Of a DNA stretch of 64,000 nucleotides, positions 10,723-22,028 are shown piece by piece. The notes beneath the pieces are model-generated. The model had not been told where the DNA came from and made no database searches. It was given only the letters and a program-made list of their open reading frames with translations. Each line of letters begins with the position of its first letter. Position 1 is the first letter of the stretch. Origin of the DNA: Salinivirgaceae bacterium (lineage in GTDB: Bacteria; Bacteroidota; Bacteroidia; Bacteroidales; SZUA-534); the NCBI GenBank assembly GCA_050179685.1, contig JBFXEW010000016.1, forward strand, positions 45,620 to 109,619. Direction: 5' to 3'. The translations under genes were made by a program, and so were the position numbers.

Positions 10723-12417
10723 ATGAAAACAACTAAACTATTGATGCGCGTTTTAAGCGTTGCAATTTTGGTAGCAATTGGCTTAGTTGGGTGCGACGAT
10801 TTGGATATTTATTCAATTGATGCACCCGCTGACCTGCAAGACAGGATTGACTCAATTGAAGCTGCCAAACCAAATACAGGTGACACTACGTACCTTACTA
10901 TTGCTACACCAATTGTTGGTGCTGAAGATAACAGTGCCGCCTGGTGGACAGCTTTTTCTGATTACTTCAGCATTCCTACAAACAAATTATTGCATTTAGA
11001 GTTTGTGAACCACGGAACCGGTGTAAACAACTGGAACAACTGGAATCTTGCTATTATCAATGAAATAGCAGACCGTGATGGTGAAGGTTATGCAGAATAT
11101 TTTGTGCTTCGTTCTGATGCTTATGGTTGGGGTAACGATGATTTCGATTTAGCTCTGATTTCCCACAATTATCCTGATACCGACGAGGATGGTGATATTT
11201 GGAACGACTTCCGCACTACCATGCAGGGCGCTTATGTTACTATCGAAGTTGACCACTCGCCCACCGGCAATGTCTTTTTAACAGCTACTGCCGAGGGAAC
11301 AAATGGTGTAGAACTGGAGATGACTTATAACCAGCCGGTTTCGGCCAGTGCCGATATCGTGGCTTTTTTAATTTGTGATGGCAGTTATTTTGAGATGAAA
11401 AAGGCCTACCTTATTCCATCAAAAGTAACTGCTGTAGAAGACGTAGCCCCTGTTTCTATTGCAGTGGAAGGAACTCCTGCTTTTGTTGAATTAGGCGACG
11501 AAGACTTTTGGGGTGATGCCGTAGCTACAGTTACTTTTGCTGATGGTTCTTCTACAGAAGTTGATACTGCAGATATAACTTTCAATGTTGTTCCCGATAT
11601 GACAACAGTCGGAGAAAAGACAGTGGTTGTAGCTTATAGCAAAACCAAGCAGGGTGCATTTAGCCAGGCTGTGTCAACCTTTTATACTTTGGTAGTATCT
11701 AATGCGGTTACTGTTCTTGAAGTTACTACGTTGCCAAATGTAACAACATATACTTTCCCGGGTCCGGCAGCACCTGTGTTTAATCCAACAGGTATGGTTG
11801 TAACTGCTACCTATTCTGACGGTACTACTGGTGTGATTCCAAATGAGAATCTTCGCTTCGCGAATCCGGGAGGAGATGGTGCGCAGGATGCTGTTATTAC
11901 TTATGTTGGCGCAACAAGTACAGTTACAACAACATGCCCGATAACTAATGTAATGGGAGGAGTCTATCAGGTAGGTACTGATTTGTTGACCGCATGGTGG
12001 ACCGTATTCTCTAATAACTATCCGGTTCCATCAGGTGAAAGTAGGACATTTAAAATGAAATGTTATTCCGATAATGCTGCTAATTGGCATAGCCCAAGTA
12101 CAATTCTTCGCAAAGCTAATATGGCAGAGTATGCTGTTGTCCGCATGGATAACTTTGGATGGGGCGATGGATATAGCACTGCAACATTAACATCAGACTG
12201 GGATTGGGATGTGTTTACAGCAAATATTAATGATTCTGATATAGAAATCACAATAACAAATAATGGTGACAATACAGCTGATATTGAATACAATGTTACC
12301 TACGCTAATGGTAATACCCATTTCCAAAAATATGCGGGTATAACTGTAGATAGTTCTGATTTAACTACAGCACTTGTGATAGAGGGAGCTTACCTCGATA
12401 TAACCTCAGTTGAATAA
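10723..12417 (+). CDS. Surface lipoprotein, probable glycan-binding protein with two related Trp-rich domains and two Ig-like repeats
   Basis: Lipobox LVGC; AWWT.FS...EY.V.R.D..GWG occurs twice; ATVTFADGS and TATYSDGT Ig-like repeats; first gene of the sus operon. Confidence 0.75.
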   Translation: MKTTKLLMRVLSVAILVAIGLVGCDDLDIYSIDAPADLQDRIDSIEAAKPNTGDTTYLTIATPIVGAEDNSAAWWTAFSDYFSIPTNKLLHLEFVNHGTGVNNWNNWNLAIINEIADRDGEGYAEYFVLRSDAYGWGNDDFDLALISHNYPDTDEDGDIWNDFRTTMQGAYVTIEVDHSPTGNVFLTATAEGTNGVELEMTYNQPVSASADIVAFLICDGSYFEMKKAYLIPSKVTAVEDVAPVSIAVEGTPAFVELGDEDFWGDAVATVTFADGSSTEVDTADITFNVVPDMTTVGEKTVVVAYSKTKQGAFSQAVSTFYTLVVSNAVTVLEVTTLPNVTTYTFPGPAAPVFNPTGMVVTATYSDGTTGVIPNENLRFANPGGDGAQDAVITYVGATSTVTTTCPITNVMGGVYQVGTDLLTAWWTVFSNNYPVPSGESRTFKMKCYSDNAANWHSPSTILRKANMAEYAVVRMDNFGWGDGYSTATLTSDWDWDVFTANINDSDIEITITNNGDNTADIEYNVTYANGNTHFQKYAGITVDSSDLTTALVIEGAYLDITSVE

Positions 12418-12443
12418 TCACTATGATAAAAAATATTTAAACT

Positions 12444-15400
12444 ATGAAATATTTATATTTAATTCTTTTGGGATTGCTGGCATTTGTACCGGCAACATAT
12501 GCCGAAGACAACGATAATGCTGATCAGAGGTCAATGGTTCAAACAGACGACATTACTGTTAAAGGTAAAATCGTTGACGAAAATGGCGAGCCCCTTCCTG
12601 GTGCAAGTATAATACAGAAAGGTACATCCATTGGTACCATTTCCGACGCTAATGGTAGCTTCCTGCTTTCAGTTCCTTCAGATGCTACACTAATTGTTTC
12701 TTTTATAGGATTCAAAAGTATTGAAGTAAACGTGAAGGAAGAACAGATCTTGGAGTCATCACCCTGGCTTCTGATTTAATTGGACTTGAACAAGTTGTAG
12801 TAATTGGTTACGGTACACAACGTAAGGTTGACCTCACGGGTTCCGTAGCTGTTGTTAATACTGAAGAGATGAAGAAAGTGTCACACTCAAACATCTCCAC
12901 AATGCTTGAAGGAAAAGTAGCCGGCGTTCAAATTACCAGCGACGGACAACCGGGAGCCGATCCTACGGTACGTATCCGTGGTATTGGTTCGTTTGGTAGT
13001 ACTGCACCGCTGTATGTTATTGATGGCGTTCCCATGGGTACAACCATACGCGACTTCTCACCAAACGATATCGAAAGCCTTCAGGTACTAAAAGATGCAT
13101 CTGCTGCTGCAATTTACGGTTCACGTGCAGCCAACGGGGTAGTTATCATCACTACCAAGCAGGGTAAAAAGAACCAGGCCATGAAGATAGACTACAGTGG
13201 TTATGTTGGTTTAGATAAAGTGAAGAGTGGAGTTTACGATGTAATGGATTCAGAGCAATACGGCCAATATATCAACATGGCGTACACGAACAGTGGCATG
13301 GATGTTCCTTTTGGTTACAATCCGACAAGCGACAAATATTTATATAACGCTGATGGTACTGCAAAAGTAAATACCAATTGGTTCGATGAAGCATTTAAAA
13401 CGGGCATTCGCCAGAATCACAACATCAATATGTCGGGAGGTGGCGAGTTTAATACCTATAATGTTGGTATTGACTATTATAGTCAGAACGGAACCATGGA
13501 AGGAGCCGGACCTAATTTCGATCGGTATACGGTCCGAATCAACAACAGTATGGATGTTAAGTTTATTAAATTCAAAACAAACATCGTATATAGTCACAGT
13601 GATCAGGATAATATGGCTCTCAGTAACGCCAATGAATACGTAGCGGGTCTCTATGGTGCACAATTTCCGGTAATGGCTTCAGCCCTAATTACACCTCCTA
13701 CCATAAGAGCTTATGATCCATCAACCTGGGTGCTTGACGATAAGATTTCAGCTGCATCGGAATACAGTTACGACTCGTACGGTTTTGGTACCTATTATGA
13801 TGATGTGCATGGAGACTTACGCGTAACGAACGTGTTACTTACCAATAGTTTGCTAAAAAGAAATTCCATTGTGGATCGCATTGTGGCAACTGGTTCTGTT
13901 AACGTTGACTTTATGGAAATGTTAGGCGTCAGTAACAATAATCATAAGCTGGCCTATAACCTGAACCTGTCGCAGAGTAAAACTGCTGTAAAAAGCCTTA
14001 CCTTTGTACCCTCATTTATACAGAGTACAACCAATTACTTATCAAAGAGCAGTGAGATTCTAACTCACGAGGCGGTTAACTATAGCGATGGGTTGATAGA
14101 AAATACCCTGACTTACGATGGTGTGTTCGGTCGCAATAATCTCAACGTGGTTGTTGGTCAGACTTTTGAACGCAATTATGAATACAGACTCACCGGTGTA
14201 GGCTATACCTTGTCGGAACCATACTATCTGCATTTAAACAATGCAGAAGAGAGTGATGCTACAAGCTATGAAAGCGAAAGTACACTGGCTTCGTATATCG
14301 GTCGTATTAATTACAATTTCGATGAGAAATACCTTTTGTCGGCAACTGTACGTCGCGATGCTTCAAGCCGTCTTTCAGCAAAAGACCGGACCGATTGGTT
14401 CCCTTCTGTTTCAGCAGGTTGGCGTATCGATCGTGAAAGCTTCTTTCCTGTAGCTCAAACCACAATTAACTTGTTCAAGATTCGCGGTAGTTACGGTGAA
14501 CTGGGAAATATTGTGAACCTTGGTCCTTACAACTACATGCTTACGATGTATCGAAATGACTATACCTATAGTTTTGGTAATTCGAAAGTGACCGGCTCAT
14601 CCATTTCAAACTATGTAAACGAAGTGCTTAGATGGGAAAAAAAGAAAATGCTTGATTTGGGACTTGATCTAGCTATGTTTAATAATAAGTTAGAGTTTAC
14701 CTTTGGTTACTATAAGTCTATTTCTGAAGAACTCCACTATGATGTGCCTGTTCCGGCAGAAGCTGGTGTTACTAACGATATTGTAAAAATGAATGCAGCA
14801 ACTATGGAAAACTCTGGTTTCGAATTCCTTCTTGCTTATCACAATCGCGATCACGCAGTTAAGTTTGATGTTTCAGCCAACTTATCAACTTTGGCGAACG
14901 AAGTAACCAAATTGGGTGTATTAAACACTCCAATTACCAATGGGAATAGCCGCACAGAAGTAGGCCGTGAAGTAGGCGAGTTTTATGGTTTGGTTTCTGA
15001 AGGCATCTTTCAATCGCAAGCGGAAATTGACAATAACTACAACGAGGAAGGCGGATTAGTGACACAGAATGGAGCACAACCAGGTGATGTGAAGTATAAA
15101 GATGTGAACAACGATGGTACAATTACCCTCGAAGGGGACCAAACATTCCTGGGCAGTGGTCTGGCTAAAATTCATTATGGCTTAAATGTTCGGGCTGAAT
15201 ATAAAGGTTTTGATTTGAGTGTTTCTACCTATGGAGCAGCTAAATTTAATGCAGTCGACTTTGTAGATGTTACCTTGCGTGGCTCATACGGCGCACTTAA
15301 TAAGAGTACCGATTTGTTGAATGCCTGGACTCCGGAGAATACAAACACAGATGTACCCCGCGTAGCCTACAAAACATCGAGTTCAATTACCAATGATTTG

Positions 15401-15658
15401 TTCAGCCAGCGTTTTATTCAAAATGCATCTTATTTTAAAATTGCAAATATCGAACTGGGTTATAGCTTTCCTGATAGCTGGTTTAATGACTATGTTAAAG
15501 GACTTCGAATTTACGCATCGGGTCAAAATCTAGCCACTTTGTCAAAATACAGAGGTTATAACGTCGATTTTGCCGGAGGTACATTCACTCCGGGATATAA
15601 CTATGCTTCGTACCCAACACCACGAACCATAATGTTTGGAGCGCAATTTTCATTCTAA
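12444..15658 (+). pseudogene. susC: SusC-like TonB-dependent transporter split by a 1-nt frameshift near 12735 (real lesion or sequence error)
   Basis: ORF 12444-12779 has signal peptide and N-terminal CarboxypepD-like domain; from 12737 the other frame reads GRTDLGVITLASDLIGLEQVVVIGYGTQRKVDLTGSV and continues into ORF 12869-15658 (LKDASAAAIYGSRAANGV, C-terminal F). Confidence 0.85.
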
Positions 15659-15683
15659 AATATAATTTTAATACGATATCAAT

Positions 15684-17438
15684 ATGAAAAGTTTAACGAT
15701 AATTCTAATACTGATGGCTCTTATGGGAGGTTTTACTGCCTGTGATGACCAACTCAATGTTCAGAATCCGAACAGTCAGACAACTTTTGACTTTGGTGAT
15801 TCTGAGTCAGAATTACAAGAAGCTGTTATTGCCTGCTATAACCGTATACGCCTTGAGGGAACTTTTGCCCGTGTTGGTTACACCATGGATGCAGTGCGTG
15901 GCGACGAAGTTTGGAACTCATCGCAACAGTGGTATGTCAACTATGATAACCTCAATTCACCGGGTACCATCGATATTGGCGACCAGTGGATGTGGCGTGA
16001 TAACTACCATGTGGTAAACCGTACAAACTTTGTATTGTCGAAAGTTGATGGAGTTTCCATGTCAGAAGATTCTTATAATCAGATAAAAGGACAAGCCTTG
16101 TTCCTCAGGGGGCTGGCATATTATAATTTGGCTACATACTACCAGACTGTCCCATTGTTTACCGATTATTCTGATTATTCAGACATCACTACCATGTATG
16201 CTGCCAATGCCACGCAAGACGAAGTGTTTAATCAAATAGAAAGTGATTTCACTAAAGCGATGCAAATTTTACCCTCGCGCGACAAAGGTGGCGAATGGGC
16301 GCAGGGACGTGCTACCAGTGGCGCAGCTGCTGGTTATTTAGCCCGTGCGTTTATGTTCCGTCATAAATTTGACACGGCCTTAGTTGTGCTTAATGACATT
16401 ATAGGCGGAAAGTTCGGACATTATGAACTTACAGCCGATTATGGTGACAACTTCAGAGAAGGAGCACAATATGAAAACAATTCAGAAAGCCTTTTCGAAG
16501 TTCAGTTTATGGATTTTGGTACTGGAGGTACCGACGAAGAGTGGACCCCGGTTAATATAAGCTCGGAAGCAACTCAGGGCCATGCTGTGGAAAGCAACTA
16601 CGCATCGCAACAGTTGGGTAGCTGGGGCGACCTCGCTGGTTCACCCTGGTTGTATAACCTTTTCAAAAAGGAAAACAGTACCGATGGTCGTCTCGATCCA
16701 CGCTTATATTGGACATTAGTTACCTACGAAACTGAATATGATGCTTATACCGACTTGAATACAGCAGCATATCCCACTGGAGATCCGCGTAGTAATATTG
16801 TTTATAAAGAGGAAATCACAGCAACTCCGGTATCAAACACCGCTCAGGGAGGTATTTCAATTGCTAAGTTCACCAATGCAAGAAATAACATCTATAGCTC
16901 AATTACAAATGGTTTAAAATGTGGTGTCAACCTGCGCCTCATGCGTTATAGCGATGTTTTACTGCGGGCCGCCGAATGCGAGAATGAAATTAATGGTCCA
17001 ACACAAACGGCTATCGATTACATTAACGAAGTGCGTCGTAGAGTTGCTCTTCCGGATTTAGAGCTAGTTAACTTCCCCACGGCTGATCATCTATTTGAAC
17101 AAATAGCCAATGTGGAACGGCCTAAAGAATTCGGTTGTGAGAATGGTCGAGGCATCGACCTGCTCCGTTGGGGATTCTTCTACGATGCAGCTCGTTTGAA
17201 CCAATTGGTTGAACATGCTTATTACAAGCTCGATGGTACGGCCAATACCGATGAACTGACTGCCGAAACCGCCAGTGCTTCATCGTTCCAGTATTTCTAT
17301 CCGGGTCACGAATATATCCCAATATATCAATCAACGCTGAATGCCAATCCTAACCTTACAGGTAACTCGGCTAATAAGAACGAAGATAATGGACCTGCTT
17401 TCTTAGCTAAATGGTCTGTTCGTCCTATTGTTGAGTAA
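15684..17438 (+). CDS. susD: SusD/RagB family lipoprotein
   Basis: Lipobox FTAC, GQALFLRGLAYYNL, RYSDVLL..AE, ERPKEFGCE..R..DLLRWG; follows susC. Confidence 0.92.
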   Translation: MKSLTIILILMALMGGFTACDDQLNVQNPNSQTTFDFGDSESELQEAVIACYNRIRLEGTFARVGYTMDAVRGDEVWNSSQQWYVNYDNLNSPGTIDIGDQWMWRDNYHVVNRTNFVLSKVDGVSMSEDSYNQIKGQALFLRGLAYYNLATYYQTVPLFTDYSDYSDITTMYAANATQDEVFNQIESDFTKAMQILPSRDKGGEWAQGRATSGAAAGYLARAFMFRHKFDTALVVLNDIIGGKFGHYELTADYGDNFREGAQYENNSESLFEVQFMDFGTGGTDEEWTPVNISSEATQGHAVESNYASQQLGSWGDLAGSPWLYNLFKKENSTDGRLDPRLYWTLVTYETEYDAYTDLNTAAYPTGDPRSNIVYKEEITATPVSNTAQGGISIAKFTNARNNIYSSITNGLKCGVNLRLMRYSDVLLRAAECENEINGPTQTAIDYINEVRRRVALPDLELVNFPTADHLFEQIANVERPKEFGCENGRGIDLLRWGFFYDAARLNQLVEHAYYKLDGTANTDELTAETASASSFQYFYPGHEYIPIYQSTLNANPNLTGNSANKNEDNGPAFLAKWSVRPIVE

Positions 17439-17459
17439 GGATTATTCGCTTAATTTAGT

Positions 17460-17503
17460 AACTTCCTTATCGACGTATTTTTGTATGTTGATAAGGAAGT
17501 TTT
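17460..17503 (+). terminator. Hairpin/terminator between susD and GH43
   Basis: aacttccttatc...gataaggaagtttt inverted repeat. Confidence 0.6.
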
Positions 17504-17524
17504 ATAATACTAAACAGATTAAAC

Positions 17525-19189
17525 ATGAGACTAAAATATTTATTGGTTTTATTTATCAGCATAATTTCTTTAAGCTTTATTGGGTGTGAGGACGATGGTG
17601 TTAAACCTGGTAATGGGGATCCCGATACCGTTTCAGGTTTTACCATACCTGATTATGCCGACGATTATTCATCGATAGCTTCCTGGAGTAACCGAAACGA
17701 ATGGAATCTGGCCAATGTTCACGATCCATCGGTTGCTTACTACAATGGCTATTACTATATGTATGGCACCGATGCATCTTATGGAAATGAAGCGTTGGGA
17801 CATGGGCATTTTCAAGGTAAACGATCAACCGATTTGGTTAATTGGGATTGGGTGGGTGGACCTTTTTACGATGCCCCCTCATGGGTAGCCGACTCGCTCA
17901 ATGCCATTCGTTTGCGCATGGGGCTCGATGCCATTCCCAAAGACAACATTGTTTATGGGTATTGGGCTCCGGTAGTTCGCCGGGTTAATATGGGTGGACA
18001 AGAGATTTTACGTATGTACTACAGTATAATTATCGATAACTACATAAAATCGGGCAACGCAAATACACCAGCCAATTTTGATGGAAGTTGGACTGAACGC
18101 GCTTTTATTGGCATGTGCGAATCGACCGATCCGGCAGGTGCTGTTTGGACCGATAAGGGTTTTGTTACAAGTTCATCGTCCGATTTAGGTATTGACTATG
18201 GTCGTTCCAGTTTATCGGACTGGAGCGCTTATTTCTACTACAATGCCATCGATCCTACCTATATAGTGACACCCGAAGGAAATCATTACCTGATTCATGG
18301 TTCGTGGCATAGTGGCTTTGCCTTATTGCAACTCGATGCAACAAGCGGTAAGCCGCTCAACTCACTTGGTGAGCCTTACGCAATCGGCGCAAGTGAATTA
18401 ACAGCGCGGTATGGATTGAGAGTTGGTACCCGCTCAGCCTCTTCGCGCTGGCAAGCCAGCGAAGCTCCCGAAATAATATACAAAGATGGTTACTATTACT
18501 TGTTCATGGCATACGATGGTCTTGATGTACCATATAATACACGGGTTGTCCGCAGTACCAACATTGAAGGTCCGTACCTCGATATCACAGGACGTAATTT
18601 TACTAACGGAAGAGGTGACTGCTACCCCATAGTAACCCACCCATACAAATTCAATCTTAGCTACGGATGGGTAGGCATAGCGCATTGCTGCGTATTTCAA
18701 AAAGAAAATTCGGATGAATGGTTTTATATGTCGCAGGGACGATTGCCAGCCAATGTTGGTGGAAATCCTTATTCCAATGCAATAATGATGGGGCACGTAC
18801 GTCGCATTGTATGGTGTCCGGCCTCTCCGGGCGAACCCGACAATCTTTGGCCAATAGCATTGCCCGAACGTTATGCTGCCGTACCCGATTACGGTACAAT
18901 TACTAAAGACTCGCTTGTTGGAACCTGGGAACATATAAATCTTGAATACCACTATGGTCAACAGAATGGAGCAGCTTCATTAAGCCTTAATGCCGACGGC
19001 ACGATGACGGGTGCTCTTACCGGCAATTGGAGTTACGATGCCACAACAAAGTATCTTACCTTAGGGAACGTTGTTGTTTGTGTGGAACGAGAAGTCGATT
19101 GGGAAGCAAATCCACGTCGCGTAACATTTGTTTATGCCGGAACTGAGAAAAATCTTAATGCAACTTATTGGGGCAAAAAGAAACGTTAA
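17525..19189 (+). CDS. GH43 lipoprotein, probable surface endo-1,5-alpha-L-arabinanase
   Basis: Lipobox FIGC; NVHDPS, WAP, NAIDP, GSWHSG, SEAPEI; C-terminal beta domain. Confidence 0.85.
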   Translation: MRLKYLLVLFISIISLSFIGCEDDGVKPGNGDPDTVSGFTIPDYADDYSSIASWSNRNEWNLANVHDPSVAYYNGYYYMYGTDASYGNEALGHGHFQGKRSTDLVNWDWVGGPFYDAPSWVADSLNAIRLRMGLDAIPKDNIVYGYWAPVVRRVNMGGQEILRMYYSIIIDNYIKSGNANTPANFDGSWTERAFIGMCESTDPAGAVWTDKGFVTSSSSDLGIDYGRSSLSDWSAYFYYNAIDPTYIVTPEGNHYLIHGSWHSGFALLQLDATSGKPLNSLGEPYAIGASELTARYGLRVGTRSASSRWQASEAPEIIYKDGYYYLFMAYDGLDVPYNTRVVRSTNIEGPYLDITGRNFTNGRGDCYPIVTHPYKFNLSYGWVGIAHCCVFQKENSDEWFYMSQGRLPANVGGNPYSNAIMMGHVRRIVWCPASPGEPDNLWPIALPERYAAVPDYGTITKDSLVGTWEHINLEYHYGQQNGAASLSLNADGTMTGALTGNWSYDATTKYLTLGNVVVCVEREVDWEANPRRVTFVYAGTEKNLNATYWGKKKR

Positions 19190-19346
19190 CATCCAATTGA
19201 TTTTAGGCAGTACAATTGCTCTCAAAAGTCTGAGAAGCTTTAAAGGGGTGAGAGTTAAGAGGTGTAAATATTCCTTTATTGCGAACCTTTGTATGGTCAT
19301 CTGAATATGGAGTGTGGGGTAAATTAACAGTTGAAAGCTTAAGGCA

Positions 19347-21725
19347 ATGATACGATTACATTTATATTTTTTTATAGCAGTTTTATTTTTACTGTCAGTT
19401 CTTTCGGCTTGCAATAATAAGCACAGCAGTAATTTACAGGAGTTTAAACTGTCTGAAGTTCAAATACATGAAGGGCCTTTTTTACAGGCGCAACAAGCTG
19501 ATTTAGCTTATTTGCTGGCTTTGGAACCCGATCGCCTGCTGGCACCTTTTTTAAAAGATGCCGGTTTAAAACCCATTAAGGATAATTATGGCAATTGGGA
19601 AAACACCGGGCTCGATGGGCATATCGGCGGGCATTACCTTTCTGCTATTTCTTTTATGTATGCCACTACCGGAAATCAGGAATTGTATGATAGAATAGAG
19701 TATATGATTTCCTGGTTGCATCGCTGTCAGGTTAAGAATGGGAACGGTTATGTAGGGGGAATTCCTTATGGCCAGGAACTATGGAAAGAGCTTGCTGAAG
19801 GTAAGATAAATGCCGGAGTCTTTTCATTAAATAGCCGATGGGTTCCTTTGTACAACATACATAAACTCTTTGCCGGATTGTATGATGTTTATGTCAATAC
19901 TGGGAATGATGATGCCCGGGAGATTCTCATCAATCTTACGGGTTGGTTTTATGAAACCACAAAAAATCTAACCGAAGAGCAGGTTCAAACAATGCTTATC
20001 AGTGAACATGGCGGCTTAAATGAAGTATTTGTAAACGTAGCAGAACTTACAGGGAATGATAAATACCTGGAAATGGCCCGGAAATTTTCGCATAAGGCTG
20101 TTTTGGAACCTTTGATTCAGCAAAGAAACGAATTAACGGGTCTTCATGCCAATACACAGATACCAAAAGTTATTGGTTTTGAGCGTTATGCTCAGGCTGC
20201 ACAAAATAAAGCCTGGGATAGTGCGGCTGTCTTCTTTTGGAATACTATAATTAATCAATGGACTATTTCAATTGGAGGAAATAGCGTACGGGAACATTTT
20301 CATCCACTTAACGATTTTTCAGCGATGATTGAATCGGAACAGGGGCCGGAATCATGCAATACCTACAACATGTTAAAATTGACTAAATTGTTGTATTTGG
20401 CGCATCCCGATGGAAAATATCTTGACTATTACGAACGTGCCCTGTTTAATCATATTTTATCATCGGAGCACCCGGTAAAAGGCGGATTTGTATATTTTAC
20501 CCCCATGCGTCCCCGACATTATCGGGTTTATTCTCAGCCGCAAAGTAGTTTTTGGTGTTGCGTGGGTTCCGGACTTGAAAACCCGGGCAAATATGGCGAA
20601 ATGATTTATTCAAAGAGCAATAATCAGCTTTTTGTAAATATGTTTATTGCTTCAAAAGTAAACTGGAAAGAGAAACAGGTAATTCTGTTGCAGGATACAA
20701 AATTTCCCAATCAATCGTCCGCTCATTTCACTGTGAATACGAATAAACCACAACATTTTTCGCTAAATATTCGGGTGCCTCAATGGATGTTTGCAGATAA
20801 ACTGGATATTAAGGTAAATGGTAAGCCGGAAAATAATCTCAAAATTTCCGATGGATTCGTCAGACTGAAACGAAAGTGGAACGATGGAGATAGAGTTTCT
20901 ATGCATTTCGAAATGAAGACTTATGTCGAGTTTTTACCGGATAGTTCTCGTTGGATTTCCTTTTTACATGGTCCCATTGTATTGGGAGCTATTACCGATA
21001 CTTCTGATTTGGTAGGTTTATGGGCCGATGGAAGTCGTATGGGGCATGTTGCCAGCGGACCAAAATATCCTTTAGATAAAGCTCCTGCACTTATTGTTGA
21101 AAATCTTAGCGACTTATCTTCGTTGGTAAAACCCATCGATTCATTACCCATGCATTTTACCCTGTCTCATTTAATAAATGCTCCCAATGGGGCTGAGGTA
21201 TTACAACCCTTTTATACCATTCACGAAGCGAGATATATGGTTTATTGGCCGGTTTATACGCAAAATGAGTACGATGCAAAGCAAGCCGAATTGGTTGAAA
21301 AGGAAAACGAAATGCAAGAGTTGAATCGCAGAACCATTGATTTAGTTTGGCCGGGTGAACAGCAACCCGAAGCTGACCATTTTATTAAATTTAAGGATTC
21401 AAGAACAGGAGTGCATAAAAACAGGCATTGGCGCGATGCTTCAGGCTGGTTTAGTTACCAACTGAACAATCCTAAAAATGAAGAATGTGTCATCAATATA
21501 AGCTATTTTGGTCTGGACAATCACAGAGATTTTAGCATTCTTATTAATGAAGTAAAAATAGCTGATGTACATCTTGATGGTTCAAAAGGTGATGTTTTTT
21601 TTACGCAACAATACGCTATTCCAAACGAGTTAATAAGCAACAAAAAGTCATTTGAATTAAAGTTTGTTGCTCACAATGGCTCGATTGCTGGGGGTATTTA
21701 TGGCATAAGGTTATTGCGTAATTGA
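19347..21725 (+). CDS. Beta-L-arabinofuranosidase, GH146/GH127 family
   Basis: GHIGGHYLSA, EHGG, HANTQIPKVIG, ESCNTYNMLKL, FWCCVGSG Zn/Cys motif. Confidence 0.88.
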   Translation: MIRLHLYFFIAVLFLLSVLSACNNKHSSNLQEFKLSEVQIHEGPFLQAQQADLAYLLALEPDRLLAPFLKDAGLKPIKDNYGNWENTGLDGHIGGHYLSAISFMYATTGNQELYDRIEYMISWLHRCQVKNGNGYVGGIPYGQELWKELAEGKINAGVFSLNSRWVPLYNIHKLFAGLYDVYVNTGNDDAREILINLTGWFYETTKNLTEEQVQTMLISEHGGLNEVFVNVAELTGNDKYLEMARKFSHKAVLEPLIQQRNELTGLHANTQIPKVIGFERYAQAAQNKAWDSAAVFFWNTIINQWTISIGGNSVREHFHPLNDFSAMIESEQGPESCNTYNMLKLTKLLYLAHPDGKYLDYYERALFNHILSSEHPVKGGFVYFTPMRPRHYRVYSQPQSSFWCCVGSGLENPGKYGEMIYSKSNNQLFVNMFIASKVNWKEKQVILLQDTKFPNQSSAHFTVNTNKPQHFSLNIRVPQWMFADKLDIKVNGKPENNLKISDGFVRLKRKWNDGDRVSMHFEMKTYVEFLPDSSRWISFLHGPIVLGAITDTSDLVGLWADGSRMGHVASGPKYPLDKAPALIVENLSDLSSLVKPIDSLPMHFTLSHLINAPNGAEVLQPFYTIHEARYMVYWPVYTQNEYDAKQAELVEKENEMQELNRRTIDLVWPGEQQPEADHFIKFKDSRTGVHKNRHWRDASGWFSYQLNNPKNEECVINISYFGLDNHRDFSILINEVKIADVHLDGSKGDVFFTQQYAIPNELISNKKSFELKFVAHNGSIAGGIYGIRLLRN

Positions 21726-21948
21726 TATAGTATGAAATATAGAATCTCATTCTTTTCTCAACCAACTGATGCGATGCTGTTTATGTATGTGTCTGGCAAA
21801 GTAAAAAACTCATTTTATTCTATTGTTTGTAGTTTAACAAAAATTAAGACAGGATAGGGTTTACTCCCTTAAAAGCCGATCCAATACCATTGAATCCAAA
21901 AGAATTATATGAAAATTAGGCACTTATATTTTGAAAACGAATTTGTGA

Positions 21949-22008
21949 ATACGTCCACATTACATACTTAAAAATCCACCTGAATAGGAGGTATAAAAAG
22001 TAGTTTTG
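21949..22008 (+). promoter_or_regulatory. Putative HTCS tandem operator and -7 promoter element (TAGTTTTG)
   Basis: gtccaca (21953) and atccacc (21974) 21 bp apart; TAnnTTTG at 22001-22008, same spacing as at 10567-10626. Confidence 0.62.
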
Positions 22009-22028
22009 GAAAAACAGAAATTATTAAA

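Noticed and set aside
12730-12745. Programmed frameshift or SSR phase variation in susC
   Set aside because: No long homopolymer, tandem repeat or X XXY YYZ slippery site at the shift
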